A stretch of DNA of 64,000 bases from an uncultured bacterium (GCA_964588285.1 CAZPNX010000012.1:5329-69328), one strand, 5' to 3'. Shown: positions 9,199 through 20,006, counted from the first letter of the stretch. The notes: generated by a model from the sequence alone, not told the origin. Translations and numbers: made by a program.

Positions 9199-10265
9199 AG
9201 ATTGAAGCTTGCGGCCTCACAAAGAAATTTGACGGGACGTCGGTCCTGTCAGATGTCACGCTGTCGATCGATATCCCGGGGATATATGCCCTGGTGGGGC
9301 CCAACGGCTCCGGCAAGACAACACTATTGCGAATACTGGCCCTGCTGGAGAAACCGGACTCTGGTTCTCTCGAGATCAACGGTGAGGCGGCTGGAATCGT
9401 TTGTCGGAGAGCGGCTACGACTTGGCAGCGAAAAATGGTGCTGGTGCACAGCCCGGCGGTGATGCTGTCAGGAAGCGTCCGCTACAACGCCGAATATGGA
9501 CTGAGGGTCAGGGGACAACCCCGGGCAGGGCGCCGGGCCAGGGTGGCCGCCCTGATGGAGAAGTTGGGGCTTTCGGGGTTGGAGCAGAGGGAGGCCGGCT
9601 TGCTTTCGGCCGGAGAGGCCCAGCGTCTGGCATTGGTTCGGGCCTTGGCTTGGGAACCGGAGATAATTTTTTTGGACGAACCGACCGCCAACCTGGATCC
9701 GTTGAGCGCCAAGCTGATCGAGCAGGCCATCGTCGCTCTGGAACGAGCCGGCAGGACGGTGGTGCTGGCCTCGCACAACCTATGGCAGGTGGAGCGGCTG
9801 GCCCGGTGGATCTGGTTTCTGAACCAGGGTAGGATAGAATTGGCCGGTCCGGCCGAGCAGGTGCTGCATCAAGGAGATCGATCTTTCTGGAGCAAGTTTT
9901 TGGGCCGGGACAATGTTTTCTCGGGTTCGGTCGCCTGTCGTGAAGGCCGGAAGGTTTTCTCGGCCCCCGGGGCCAGCTTTGAGGTGGTCACCGGCCTGGA
10001 GGGACGGGCGGCCGCCAGCCTCAACCCGGCTGAGATCATTCTTTCACTGGAACCGCTGGCCAGCAGCGCCAGAAATGTTCTCCCCGGAACAATACAGGAA
10101 GTCATTTCCGAAGGCGGCCTCTATAAAGTGATGATGGATGCGGGGCTGCCGCTGGTCGCGGTCATCACCAAAGCCTCTTGGGAGGAGATGGGATTGAAAA
10201 AAGGGAAAAAGGTTTACGCGATTTTCAAGGCCAGCGCAGTACGCGTCTGGAGGGAGGAGCCATGA
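9195..10265 (+). CDS. tupC: Tungstate ABC transporter ATPase with C-terminal TOBE domain
   Basis: GTG start overlapping the tupB stop; GPNGSGKTT, LSAGEAQR, FLDEPT; C-terminal SSARNVL...AVITKAS...VYAIFKAS TOBE. Confidence 0.85.
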   Translation: MKIEACGLTKKFDGTSVLSDVTLSIDIPGIYALVGPNGSGKTTLLRILALLEKPDSGSLEINGEAAGIVCRRAATTWQRKMVLVHSPAVMLSGSVRYNAEYGLRVRGQPRAGRRARVAALMEKLGLSGLEQREAGLLSAGEAQRLALVRALAWEPEIIFLDEPTANLDPLSAKLIEQAIVALERAGRTVVLASHNLWQVERLARWIWFLNQGRIELAGPAEQVLHQGDRSFWSKFLGRDNVFSGSVACREGRKVFSAPGASFEVVTGLEGRAAASLNPAEIILSLEPLASSARNVLPGTIQEVISEGGLYKVMMDAGLPLVAVITKASWEEMGLKKGKKVYAIFKASAVRVWREEP

Positions 10266-11470
10266 TAATTTACATCGAGGCCCGCAATAAAGTATTGGCC
10301 GGCGTCCGGCTCTTGGGAAACGAGACCTGCCCGCTTGAAAACATTCTGGGCCGGATACTGGCCGAGGAAATCATCTCGCGCTTCGACATCCCTCCCAAAG
10401 ACAACTCGGCCATGGACGGGTTTGCCGTCCGTCAGGCCGACATTGCCGCCGCTTCCCCAAAATCACCGGTGCTGCTTGAAGTGATCGAGGACGTGCCGGC
10501 AGGTAAGGTGGCTTCCAAAGCGGTGGGCCAAGGGCAGGCCATAAGGATCATGACCGGGGCCCAGATACCGTTAGGGGCGGACTGTGTCGTGCCTGTGGAA
10601 GGCACAAAATCCCAAAATTCAAAATTCAAAATTCAAATCGAAGTATCCGTAGGAATGGGCGAACACATCCGCAGACGGGGGGAGGACGTGAGTGCCGGGG
10701 AGGTCTTGATAGTCAAAGGCACAAGACTAAGGCCGCAGGAGGTGGGACTGATGGCTTCGTTGGGGATGACCGGGGCCCTGGTTTCTAAAAGACCCGTGGT
10801 GGGGATTGTCTCCAGCGGCAACGAGATCGTGAACCCGGGAAAACCGCTGGGACCGGGGCAGATATACGACGCCAACCGCTACAGTTTGGCGGCTCAGGCG
10901 CGGTCGCTTAATGCCGAGGTCCGGGACTACGGCATCGTGGGGGACGATCTTGAAAAAATAATCGCTACGCTGGAGCGGGCGGCCGGCGAGTGCGACCTGC
11001 TGCTGACCTCGGGTGGGGTGTCGGTGGGCGATTACGACCTGATGAAGCAGGCTCTCTCTAAATTGGGGGAGATGAACTTCTGGCAGGTGGCCCAGAAGCC
11101 GGGTAAGCCGATGGCCTTCGGCTTCATCAAGGGCCAGCCGGTGTTGGGCCTGCCAGGCAACCCGGTCTCGGCCATGGTCATCTTCGAGCAATATGCCAGG
11201 CCATTGCTTTTGAAGATGCAGGGGGCGAATTCAATATTCAGAGAACAACTAACAGCTATCAGCGATCAAAAGATAGACAAGCCGGCTGGGAGGATGGAGT
11301 TCCTGCGGGTGGCGGTAGAATGGCGCAACGGGCGGTACCACGCCAAGCTTACCGGGCCACAGGGCTCGGGGATTCTGACCTCCATGGTGCGGGCCGACGG
11401 GTTGGCGATACTTCCGGAGAAGGCCGCCCATATCATGCCGGGAGACGCCTTGACGGTTGAACTGTTCTAG
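10262..11470 (+). CDS. moeA: Molybdopterin molybdo/tungstotransferase
   Basis: NSAMDGFAV, IMTGA, TSGGVSVGDYD, KPGKP, LPGNPVSA, GSGILTSM; ATG 10262 overlaps the tupC stop. Confidence 0.95.
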   Translation: MIIYIEARNKVLAGVRLLGNETCPLENILGRILAEEIISRFDIPPKDNSAMDGFAVRQADIAAASPKSPVLLEVIEDVPAGKVASKAVGQGQAIRIMTGAQIPLGADCVVPVEGTKSQNSKFKIQIEVSVGMGEHIRRRGEDVSAGEVLIVKGTRLRPQEVGLMASLGMTGALVSKRPVVGIVSSGNEIVNPGKPLGPGQIYDANRYSLAAQARSLNAEVRDYGIVGDDLEKIIATLERAAGECDLLLTSGGVSVGDYDLMKQALSKLGEMNFWQVAQKPGKPMAFGFIKGQPVLGLPGNPVSAMVIFEQYARPLLLKMQGANSIFREQLTAISDQKIDKPAGRMEFLRVAVEWRNGRYHAKLTGPQGSGILTSMVRADGLAILPEKAAHIMPGDALTVELF

Positions 11471-11479
11471 GAGTTTGGG

Positions 11480-12121
11480 ATGAACAACATTGTTTCCTTT
11501 GTGGGCCATTCGGATTCCGGCAAGACTCGCCTGATCGAAAAGATAGTCTCAATTTTACGGAACCAGGGCTACCGGGTCAGCGTCCTCAAACACACCCACG
11601 CCAAGATCAAGATCGACCGGCGGGGGACGGATACCGACCGTCTGCGCCGGGCTGGGGCCGAGGTCTCGGCCATCGTCGACGACCGGATGCTGGCGCGCTT
11701 TGAGAGGGCGGGGGAACCGGCGGCCCTGTTGGGGTCGCTGGCTAGCGAAGTGGATCTGCTGCTGGTCGAGGGATACAAGAAACTGCCTCTGCCCAAGGTC
11801 CTGATAACAAACTCGGGCTCTCCATCAAATCTAAAAGGGATAGCAGCCACCTACGGCAAAAAGCCGCCGGCTGCCGGCGCCGGCAAAGCCAGGCATTTCA
11901 ACCCCGGACAGACCAGACAGCTGGCTGAGTGGCTGATCGAATCCTTTTCGGAAAAAGGCCGGGGGCCGAGGATCAGGCTGACAGTGGATGGGAGGCCCTT
12001 GGGCCTAAAGCCCTTCGTGGCCGAGACCATGGCCGGTGTGGTGGCCGGGCTGGTGAGGCCGCTCAAGGGCGGTCGGGGCAGAAAGGTGGCGGTTTCTATT
12101 GACTTTGGCGGGAAAATATAG
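11480..12121 (+). CDS. mobB: Molybdopterin-guanine dinucleotide biosynthesis protein B with C-terminal extension
   Basis: GHSDSGKT P-loop, VSVLKH, DTDRLRRAGA, LLVEGYK; C-terminal LTVDGRPLGLKPFV domain. Confidence 0.9.
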   Translation: MNNIVSFVGHSDSGKTRLIEKIVSILRNQGYRVSVLKHTHAKIKIDRRGTDTDRLRRAGAEVSAIVDDRMLARFERAGEPAALLGSLASEVDLLLVEGYKKLPLPKVLITNSGSPSNLKGIAATYGKKPPAAGAGKARHFNPGQTRQLAEWLIESFSEKGRGPRIRLTVDGRPLGLKPFVAETMAGVVAGLVRPLKGGRGRKVAVSIDFGGKI

Positions 12122-12137
12122 TATCTTTATAATATAT

Positions 12138-12632
12138 ATGCCGCAAAAGATCGTAGGACTCTTATCGGGCATCGTTTTGGCCGTCCTAGCCGGCTGCAGT
12201 CGGCAGGAGCCGCCGAAATCATTTGCCCCAGCTCCCAAGGCCAAGGTAGTGGTGGCCACGGTCGGCTTTGTCAACGGCGAGGCCAAGGCCTTCTTCGAGA
12301 ACGCCTGGAAGCCGGCGTCCATCGGGTTGGAGTTGGAGGCCGCCGACAGCCTGGACCTGGCCAAGGGCTCCCAGGCCGAGCTCAAAGGAGCCGACGGTAG
12401 AACAGCCAAGCTGGAGGGGCCGGCCAGGGGTGCGGTCCAGGAACTGATGACGGCCGCAGCCGCCTCCGAGAGATCGGCTGCCGACAAGGTACTCTCCAAG
12501 GTGAGGAAACTCGAGGGCAAGAAGCAGACCTACAGCGTCCAGACGCCGACGGCGGTGGCCGGCATCAGGGGCGCAAAGGCCCGGGCCACGGCCCCGGACA
12601 CAACCAAGAAGGACTCCCTCCCCCAAAAATGA
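12138..12632 (+). CDS. Putative lipoprotein with FecR-like domain
   Basis: Lipobox VLAGC; [12 protein letters not shown] FecR-like motif; start set at ATG 12138. Confidence 0.6.
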   Translation: MPQKIVGLLSGIVLAVLAGCSRQEPPKSFAPAPKAKVVVATVGFVNGEAKAFFENAWKPASIGLELEAADSLDLAKGSQAELKGADGRTAKLEGPARGAVQELMTAAAASERSAADKVLSKVRKLEGKKQTYSVQTPTAVAGIRGAKARATAPDTTKKDSLPQK

Positions 12633-12654
12633 CGCATTCCCCCCAGCCCGTCAG

Positions 12655-13920
12655 ATGAGCCCCCAGGAACAGCTGAACATCGCCTCCCTGAAGTCGAAGA
12701 CCGTTTCCGAGCTTTCGGCCATCGCCCGGGAATTGGACATTCAGGGAGCCAGCGGACTCAAAAAACAGGAGTTCATCTTCAAGATCCTGGAGGCCCAGGC
12801 CCAGCGCAACGGCCTGCTCTTCGGCGGCGGGGTGCTGGAGGTTTTGCCCGACGGCTTCGGCTTCTTGCGTTCGCCCGATTACAGCTATCTGCCGGGTCCG
12901 GACGACATCTACGTGGGGCCGACCCAGGTCAAGCGCTTCAACCTGTTGACCGGGGACCTGGTCACCGGCCAAATCCGGCCGCCCAAGGAGGGGGAGAAGA
13001 ATTTTGCCCTGCTCAAGGTGGAGGCGGTCGACCACGAGAGCCCGGAAGCCACCCGGGACCGGATACTGTTCGACAACCTGACGCCGCTTTACCCCCAGGA
13101 GCGCCTTGTGCTGGAGCGCGAGCCCCAGGAGATCTCCATGCGGATCATCGACCTGCTAGCGCCCATCGGCAAGGGGCAGCGCGGCCTGCTGGTCTCGCCG
13201 CCCCGGGCAGGAAAAACGGTGCTGCTGCAGAAGATCGCCAACAGCATCACCCAAAACCACCCCGAGGTGGTGCTGTTCATCCTGCTCATCGACGAGCGGC
13301 CGGAGGAGGTGACCGACATGCAGCGCCAGGTGAAGGCCGAGGTGGTCTCCTCCACCTTCGACGAGCCGCCGGAGCGGCACGTCCAGGTGGCCGACATGGT
13401 GCTGGAACGGGCCAAGCGCCTGGTGGAGCGCAAGAAGGACGTGGTCATCCTTTTGGACTCTATCACCCGGCTGGCCAGGGCCAACAACGCGGTTATCCCC
13501 CATTCGGGCAAGACCCTCTCCGGCGGGGTGGACTCCAACGCCCTGCAGCGGCCCAAAAGGTTCTTCGGCTCGGCCCGCAATGTGGAGGAGGGCGGCAGCC
13601 TGACCATCATGGCCACGGCTTTGGTGGACACCGGCAGCCGGATGGACGACGTCATCTTCGAGGAGTTCAAGGGCACGGGCAACATGGAGCTCATCTTAGA
13701 TCGAAAATTGGCCGATCGCCGGATCTTCCCGGCCTTGGACATCAACCGCTCCGGCACCCGCAAGGAGGAGCTTCTGTTGCCCCAGGAGGCCCTCAATCGT
13801 TGTTGGGTGCTCAGAAAATTCTTAAGCGAGCTCAATCCCATCGAGGCCATGGAACTGTTGCTTTCAAGGATGAAGGCCAGCAAGAGCAACAAGGCCTTTC
13901 TGGAGACCATGAACCAATAG
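12655..13920 (+). CDS. rho: Transcription termination factor Rho
   Basis: [50 protein letters not shown]. Confidence 0.98.
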   Translation: MSPQEQLNIASLKSKTVSELSAIARELDIQGASGLKKQEFIFKILEAQAQRNGLLFGGGVLEVLPDGFGFLRSPDYSYLPGPDDIYVGPTQVKRFNLLTGDLVTGQIRPPKEGEKNFALLKVEAVDHESPEATRDRILFDNLTPLYPQERLVLEREPQEISMRIIDLLAPIGKGQRGLLVSPPRAGKTVLLQKIANSITQNHPEVVLFILLIDERPEEVTDMQRQVKAEVVSSTFDEPPERHVQVADMVLERAKRLVERKKDVVILLDSITRLARANNAVIPHSGKTLSGGVDSNALQRPKRFFGSARNVEEGGSLTIMATALVDTGSRMDDVIFEEFKGTGNMELILDRKLADRRIFPALDINRSGTRKEELLLPQEALNRCWVLRKFLSELNPIEAMELLLSRMKASKSNKAFLETMNQ

Positions 13921-14037
13921 GAGAAACCTTTTCCCAAAAACACCCGAAAGGCAAGAAATCTGTAAAAGTTCTATTCATTTTCGATCGTTTCGCTTTTTTT
14001 GGCGGGCAAATAAAGCAAATCAATCTATAGAGGGAAC

Positions 14038-14265
14038 ATGAAGAAGGACATCCATCCTAAGTATCAGGAGACCACCATCACCTGCGCCTGCGGCAACGTC
14101 ATCAAGACCAAGTCGACGGTCAAGGACATCCACGTCGAGATCTGCTCGGCCTGCCATCCGTTCTTCACCGGCAAGCAGAAGCTGGTGGACACCGCCGGCC
14201 GGGTGGAGCGCTTCAAGAAGCGCTACGCCAAAGAGGACAAAGCTCCGGCTAAATCCAAAGAGTAG
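14038..14265 (+). CDS. rpmE: 50S ribosomal protein L31 (Zn-binding type)
   Basis: [38 protein letters not shown]. Confidence 0.98.
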   Translation: MKKDIHPKYQETTITCACGNVIKTKSTVKDIHVEICSACHPFFTGKQKLVDTAGRVERFKKRYAKEDKAPAKSKE

Positions 14266-14319
14266 GATCTGTCTCCGATAGCGATTTGAGGTTGATTCCG
14301 ACCGATCGACAGGCCGCCC

Positions 14320-15591
14320 ATGTCCGTTTCCATACCCCAATCTCTCATCAAGCGGATAGCCGACGAGGAGAAGGTCCCGGCCGAGCATATCAGCCGGGGC
14401 CTGGCTCAAGGCACCATCGCCGTCCCCATGAACAAGAGCCGCAGGCTCTTGAAGCCGATGGCGGTGGGCGCGGGCCTGCGCGTCAAGGTCAATGCCAACA
14501 TCGGCACCTCACAGGACATCACCGATCCGGCCGGTGAGCTGGAGAAGCTGAGGGCCGCTTTGGGGGCCGGGGCCGACGCCGTCATGGACCTGTCCACCGG
14601 TGGCGACCTGGACGCCATCCGCCGGGAGATCATCGCCCAGTGCCCGGTGCCGCTGGGGACGGTGCCCATCTACCAGGCGGCGGTGGAGGCGGGGGAGAAG
14701 AAAAAATCCCTGGTGGAGATGACGGTCGAAGAGATATTCCAGGTGATCGAGCGCCAGGCCAAGGACGGGGTGGATTTCATGACCGTCCACTGCGGGGTCA
14801 CCCGGCAGACGCTGGAGCGCCTAAAGGAGCAGGGCCGCACCGTTGGGGTGGTCAGCCGGGGCGGGGCTTTGACCATCGAATGGATGGCCTATAACAAGAA
14901 GGAAAACCCGCTTTACGAGCATTACAACCGGCTGCTGTGGATCGCCAAGGAGTATGGGGTTACCCTGAGCCTGGGCGACGGCCTGAGGCCGGGCTGCCTG
15001 GCCGATGCCACCGACCGCTCGCAAGTCCAGGAACTAGTGCTGCTGGGAGAATTGGTCGATCGGGCCCGGGCGGCCGGGGTACAGACCATGGTCGAGGGGC
15101 CGGGGCACGTTCCCATCAACCAGATCGAGGCCAATATCCGCCTGCAGAAGGAGCTGTGTCGGGGCGCCCCCTTCTATGTCCTGGGGCCGCTGGTGACCGA
15201 CATTGCTCCGGGTTACGACCATATCACCGCGGCCATCGGCGGGGCCTGGGCCGCCTATTTCGGGGCCGATTTCCTATGCTACGTCACCCCGGCCGAGCAC
15301 CTGCGACTGCCGACGGCGGAGGACGTCCGGGAGGGGGTCATCGTCCTGCGCATCGCCGCCCATGCCGCCGACATCGCCAAGGGGGTGGCCGGGGCCGGTG
15401 ACTGGGACCTGGCCATGTCCAAAGCCCGCAAGGAGCTGGACTGGAAACGCCAGATCGAGCTGGCCATCAACCCGCCCCTGGCCCGGGAGATATTCGACTC
15501 GGCCCCCAAGAAAGACAGCGGCGAGTGCACCATGTGCGGACAGTACTGCGCTATGAAGCGGATGTCGGAGGTGGACAAGGGATCCAAGTGA
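14320..15591 (+). CDS. thiC: Phosphomethylpyrimidine synthase (short clostridial/archaeal form)
   Basis: [52 protein letters not shown]. Confidence 0.9.
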   Translation: MSVSIPQSLIKRIADEEKVPAEHISRGLAQGTIAVPMNKSRRLLKPMAVGAGLRVKVNANIGTSQDITDPAGELEKLRAALGAGADAVMDLSTGGDLDAIRREIIAQCPVPLGTVPIYQAAVEAGEKKKSLVEMTVEEIFQVIERQAKDGVDFMTVHCGVTRQTLERLKEQGRTVGVVSRGGALTIEWMAYNKKENPLYEHYNRLLWIAKEYGVTLSLGDGLRPGCLADATDRSQVQELVLLGELVDRARAAGVQTMVEGPGHVPINQIEANIRLQKELCRGAPFYVLGPLVTDIAPGYDHITAAIGGAWAAYFGADFLCYVTPAEHLRLPTAEDVREGVIVLRIAAHAADIAKGVAGAGDWDLAMSKARKELDWKRQIELAINPPLAREIFDSAPKKDSGECTMCGQYCAMKRMSEVDKGSK

Positions 15592-15675
15592 GTTCGGCAG
15601 GCGATTATCCGGCCCAACAAGCAGATGACGGCAAAAAAGAATAAAAGATCGGCGAAAACGAAGGCGAGGGAGGCG

Positions 15676-18450
15676 ATGGAATCCCTCGCCTTCGTGGCAT
15701 GGGACTTGGAGACCACCGGCCTGTCGCATTCCCAGGATTCGGTCATCGAGATCGGAGCCGTTTCCGTAAACGCCGAGGGAAAGCGGGAGACATTCCGCAC
15801 CTTCGTCAACACCGATAAAAAAATTCCCCTGCCGGTAAAGAAGCTGACAGGAATCAGCGAGGCCGACTTGGAGGGTGCTCCGGAGCTGGAGGAGGCTGTC
15901 CGCCAGTTCTCGGATTTTGCCGGGGACTGTCCCATGGTGCTGCACAATGCGGCCTTCGATCTAGGATTTCTGGAAAATCATTGGCTTCCCCAGGCTGAGG
16001 TCTGGGACAGCCTGGACCTGGCCCGGGCGGTTTTCCCTGGCTTGAGGTCTCACAGCTTGGAATACCTGGCCCGGCTTTTCGGCTTTCATCCCGGCCGCTC
16101 CCATCGGGCGCTGGATGACGCCACGGCCACGGCCGAATTGTTCCTTCTGCTGTGCGCCGTCCTGCAGGGGCAAAGCCAGGACCTGTTATCGGCCATGCAG
16201 GCGGTGGCACCGCCGCAGTATCGTTTGCTCTTAAGCCATCTGGCCGAAAGGGGACGCCAGGCCCGGCATTTCCATGACTTGGCCCATGTCGACGAAGCCG
16301 TTTTAGCAGAGGCCGTCAAGGTGGGAAAACAGCCGGATGTCCGTCCGGCCGGTCTCAAATCGGTGGATTCTATGGCCGAGGTTTTCGGACCTGGAGGAAC
16401 CCTGAGCCGGGTCATGGGCGGCGGTTTCGAGCAGCGCCGCGAGCAGGAGGAGATCGCAAAGGCCGTCAGCCGGGCGCTGGATGACGACCTGTTCCTAGCG
16501 GTGGAGGCCGGTACCGGGGTGGGAAAGAGCTTGGCCTATCTGGCTCCGGCTGCGTCGTGGGCCAGAAGGAACCGGGAGCGGGTGGTAATCGCCACCTATA
16601 CCCGCAATCTGCAGGAGCAGTTATACTATAAAGATATACCATTGGCGGCAGCCGCCATAGGCCCGTTCCGAGCCGCCCTGCTCAAGGGGCGGAACAACTA
16701 TCTCTGTTGGCGCAAATGGCGGGAGGCGGCCCAATATCCCGATCTGATGCTGGGCGGCCGGGAGCGGGACGAGGCCATGATCCTGGCGCTGTGGGCCGAG
16801 GCCACCCAGAGCGGAGACATCTCGGAGCACGGAGGATTCAATCCGGGCCGGGCCTCAAGCCTTTGGGCCAAGCTCTCGGCCGATTCCGCCACCTGTCAGG
16901 GCGGGCATTGTCCGTTTCAACGCCGCTGCTTTCTATACCGGGCGCGAAAGGCGGCCCAGGAGGCGGAACTGGTGGTCATCAACCACTCCCTGCTTTTCAC
17001 CGACCTGGCCTCCCAGAACCGGATTCTGCCGGAGTACCGGCGCTTGGTCTGCGACGAGGCTCACAACCTGGAGCAGGTGGCCACCGATTACCTGGGCTTC
17101 AGCCTCAACCGCTGGGAGGCGCACAACTTCCTGCAGAGCGTTTACACGCGCCAGGGAGGCGAATCGGGGCTGCTGGCCAAGCTCTCGGTCTGGCTAAAAG
17201 AGCATCGCCAGGCGGCCACAGCCGCCTGGCAGGGCTCCTTGCTGGAGCTGGGCGAGTCGGTTTTGGAATGCGCTAAGCTGGCCGACAGGCTTTTCCATTC
17301 GAAATGGAATCAAAAGTCAGGCACCAGGGAAAAGGTGAGATACCGACCGGGGGACAGGCTGCAGTTGGAGCTGCAGGAGGCGGCCGAAGGCTTGACGGAA
17401 GCGCTGCTTCTTTTAGCCGACCGCCTGCGGCTCCTGCACGAATTGGTGTCCCTGGCCTCAGGCCTGGATCGGGTGGAGCAGGAGGCTTTTGCCGACCAAC
17501 TATATGCCGCCGGCCAGCAGGCAGAGGGCATCTCCGACCAACTGTCCCGGCTGACAGGGGCCGAGGATCGGGAGTACGTCTACTGGGCCGAGTTTCGCGA
17601 GACCGGCCTTATCTTGGCGGCCGGCCCGCTTCAGGTGGGAAAGGTCATTGCCCAAAAGCTGCATCCCAGCCTGAAAACCATGGTCTACACCTCGGCCACC
17701 CTGTCGGTGGACGGCAAGTTCGATTATTTTATGGAGCGCTCCGGCCTGGCCCTGGCCGACCGGGACCGGACTGAGCACCTTCTCCTCAAGTCGCCCTTCG
17801 ACTATGCCTCCCAGGCAGGACTGGCGATTGTCAACTTCCTGCCTTCGCCCAAGGACAAGGACTTCAACGAACAGGTGTCGCGCCTCATCGAGGACATGCT
17901 CCATAAAATACGCACCGGCACCTTAGTTCTATTCACCTCTTTCGACCTGTTGCACCGCTGCTATTGGAAGCTGGTCAAGGCAGGCATTCCGGTCTTGGCC
18001 CAGGGATTGGACGGCAGCCCAGCACAGATACTGGAGACGGCCCGCCGCTCCAAAAACACCATTGTTTTGGGCACCAACTCGTTCTGGGAGGGGGTGGATT
18101 TGCCCGGGCAGGCCCTGGAGCTTTTGGTGATCACCAAGCTGCCTTTCTCGGTGCCCACCGAGCCTTTGGTCGAGGCCCGTTGCCAGGCCATCGAACAGGA
18201 GGGGGGCAGCGCCTTCCACCGCTATCTGCTGCCCGAGGCCGTTATCCGGCTGCGCCAGGGATTCGGCCGGCTGATCCGCAACAAGACCGACCGCGGGCTG
18301 GCGGTGCTTTGCGACCCCAGGGCGGTGGGCAGCGACTACGGCCAGGTGTTCCTTCGTTCCCTGCCGGTCATGCCCACCGACATCTGCCAGAATCCGGAAC
18401 AGCTGTGGCAAGCCCTTTCGTTTCTGGATGAGGGCGCATATAACGGTTGA
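15676..18450 (+). CDS. dinG: DinG-family helicase with N-terminal DEDDh 3'-5' exonuclease
   Basis: WDLETTG, HNAAFD, HRALDDA; EAGTGVGKS, DEAHN, GTNSFWEGVD, QGFGRLIR; Fe-S Cys cluster; start probably ATG 15676 (GGGAGG RBS) rather than 15625. Confidence 0.9.
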   Translation: MESLAFVAWDLETTGLSHSQDSVIEIGAVSVNAEGKRETFRTFVNTDKKIPLPVKKLTGISEADLEGAPELEEAVRQFSDFAGDCPMVLHNAAFDLGFLENHWLPQAEVWDSLDLARAVFPGLRSHSLEYLARLFGFHPGRSHRALDDATATAELFLLLCAVLQGQSQDLLSAMQAVAPPQYRLLLSHLAERGRQARHFHDLAHVDEAVLAEAVKVGKQPDVRPAGLKSVDSMAEVFGPGGTLSRVMGGGFEQRREQEEIAKAVSRALDDDLFLAVEAGTGVGKSLAYLAPAASWARRNRERVVIATYTRNLQEQLYYKDIPLAAAAIGPFRAALLKGRNNYLCWRKWREAAQYPDLMLGGRERDEAMILALWAEATQSGDISEHGGFNPGRASSLWAKLSADSATCQGGHCPFQRRCFLYRARKAAQEAELVVINHSLLFTDLASQNRILPEYRRLVCDEAHNLEQVATDYLGFSLNRWEAHNFLQSVYTRQGGESGLLAKLSVWLKEHRQAATAAWQGSLLELGESVLECAKLADRLFHSKWNQKSGTREKVRYRPGDRLQLELQEAAEGLTEALLLLADRLRLLHELVSLASGLDRVEQEAFADQLYAAGQQAEGISDQLSRLTGAEDREYVYWAEFRETGLILAAGPLQVGKVIAQKLHPSLKTMVYTSATLSVDGKFDYFMERSGLALADRDRTEHLLLKSPFDYASQAGLAIVNFLPSPKDKDFNEQVSRLIEDMLHKIRTGTLVLFTSFDLLHRCYWKLVKAGIPVLAQGLDGSPAQILETARRSKNTIVLGTNSFWEGVDLPGQALELLVITKLPFSVPTEPLVEARCQAIEQEGGSAFHRYLLPEAVIRLRQGFGRLIRNKTDRGLAVLCDPRAVGSDYGQVFLRSLPVMPTDICQNPEQLWQALSFLDEGAYNG

Positions 18451-18475
18451 CAATCTAGCATTTACCGGTTAAAAT
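18447..18475 (+). promoter_or_regulatory. sigma70 promoter of the yhaM-like gene
   Basis: TTGACA-N17-TAAAAT, 9 nt before the ATG. Confidence 0.7.
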
Positions 18476-18484
18476 CATTACCCG

Positions 18485-19480
18485 ATGGCTAAAGTATTCG
18501 TAAGGGAGCTGAAAGAAGCCGCCTGGCAGGGGCGGGAGGTGATTTCCTGCTTCGCCCTGCGAAAGATTGAGCTGCGGACCAAGGATTCGGACGGCAAGCA
18601 GTTTCTTTCCCTGGAGCTGGGGGACGCCACCGGACGGATCGACGGGGTGATGTGGAACGAGGCGGCCGAGGCCCATGCCCGGCTGTCTCTAGGAGACGTT
18701 GTCCAGATAAAGGCCTCGGTGGGGACTTATCGTGATACTGCCCAACTCAAAGTGGAATCAATCGTCAGGGCCAAGCCGGAAGACTGGAGGCCCGATGATT
18801 TTCTGGCACAATCCCCAATAAGCCGGACCGACCGGGAGGCGTTCGTCAGGGCCGAGGCCAAGGCAGTCAAGGATCCGCACCTGTCCAAGCTGCTTTCTAT
18901 GTTCTTCGACGACCGGGAGTTTCTGTCCCGGTTTCTGGAGGCGCCGGCCGCCAAACTTTGGCACCACGCTTATATCGGCGGTCTTTCGGAACACACCGCG
19001 GCCGTCTGCCGCCTGGCCCATGCCGCCGCCGCCAACTACGAACTTCTGGACACCGACCTGCTGATGGCCGGCTGCCTGCTGCACGATGTGGGCAAGGTCC
19101 CCGAATACCAAGTAGGAACCTATATAGACTATTCGGATCAGGGACGGCTTTTGGGACACATCGTTCTGGGGGACCAAATGCTCAGGGAGAGGCTGGGCCG
19201 GATCCGGGATTTTCCGGCGGAAAAGGCCTTGAGGCTTCGCCACATGGTTCTGTCGCATCACGGGGAAAGGGATCGAGGCTCCCCGGTGACCCCGGCCACC
19301 CTGGAGGCCTTGGTGCTGCACCACTGCGACTACCAGGATTCCCATGCCGGCGCCTTCACCCGGATCATCAAACGCGAGGGCGGACAAAACCGCCGCTGGA
19401 GCGAATACGTCAACCTGATCGACCGCTACATCTATCTGCCGGAAACCGTTGAAGATAACGGCCAGCCCAAGCTTTTATAG
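18485..19480 (+). CDS. yhaM: OB-fold/HD-domain 3'-5' exoribonuclease (YhaM/Cbf1 family)
   Basis: N-terminal OB fold (LGDATGRID); WHHAYIGGLSEHT, LLHDVGK, HMVLSHHG. Confidence 0.85.
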   Translation: MAKVFVRELKEAAWQGREVISCFALRKIELRTKDSDGKQFLSLELGDATGRIDGVMWNEAAEAHARLSLGDVVQIKASVGTYRDTAQLKVESIVRAKPEDWRPDDFLAQSPISRTDREAFVRAEAKAVKDPHLSKLLSMFFDDREFLSRFLEAPAAKLWHHAYIGGLSEHTAAVCRLAHAAAANYELLDTDLLMAGCLLHDVGKVPEYQVGTYIDYSDQGRLLGHIVLGDQMLRERLGRIRDFPAEKALRLRHMVLSHHGERDRGSPVTPATLEALVLHHCDYQDSHAGAFTRIIKREGGQNRRWSEYVNLIDRYIYLPETVEDNGQPKLL

Positions 19481-19494
19481 GCCGCCAACCGATA

Positions 19495-19755
19495 ATGTCC
19501 ATCATAAACATCGAGGAGGAAAAAGTGGAAGATCTTAAACTTGCCAAGAAACTGGTGAAGGCGCTGGACATGGCCATCAAGTACGAACGGATGGCCCAGC
19601 AGCGCTATTCCCGTGAGGCCACCTACTCCTATGAGTACGACGTCAAGGCCCTGTTCAAGAGCCTGGTGTCCGAGGAACTGAAGCACGAGCGCCTGCTGAG
19701 CCTGAAGAAGGCGGCGGTGCTCAAGGACATCGCCCGTTTATCAAAAAAGAAATAA
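19495..19755 (+). CDS. Small ferritin/rubrerythrin-like protein (single helix pair)
   Basis: ALDMAIKYERMAQQRY...LFKSLVSEELKHE. Confidence 0.7.
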   Translation: MSIINIEEEKVEDLKLAKKLVKALDMAIKYERMAQQRYSREATYSYEYDVKALFKSLVSEELKHERLLSLKKAAVLKDIARLSKKK

Positions 19756-19769
19756 CAGGAGGATCATCC

Positions 19770-19970
19770 ATGCCCAAGAAGAGCCTGCCCAAGATAGACC
19801 TGGACACCTGCATCGGCTGCAGCGCCTGCGTTTCGGCCTGCCCGGCCGGCGTGCTGGAGATGGACGGAGACAAGGCCAAGCTCAAGGATGCCGCCGGCTG
19901 CACCAGCTGCGGAGCCTGCGTCGATTCCTGTCCGGTGACGGCCATCGCCATGGAAGACCGGAACATCTAG
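19770..19970 (+). CDS. 2[4Fe-4S] ferredoxin
   Basis: CIGCSACVSACP and CTSCGACVDSCP; AGGAGG RBS. Confidence 0.92.
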   Translation: MPKKSLPKIDLDTCIGCSACVSACPAGVLEMDGDKAKLKDAAGCTSCGACVDSCPVTAIAMEDRNI

Positions 19971-20006
19971 GTTGTCATCCGATTGCTAAAGACAAAGGAA
20001 TCAGAA

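Noticed and set aside
13089-13943. 284-aa antisense ORF over rho, and similar long antisense ORFs over recG, galT, valS, MFS and others
   Set aside because: Shadow ORFs expected from high GC3 codon usage; no motifs or RBS; they overlap clear conserved genes
14266-14319. TPP riboswitch upstream of thiC
   Set aside because: Too short and lacks the conserved CTGAGA and TGATC...GCGTAGG elements
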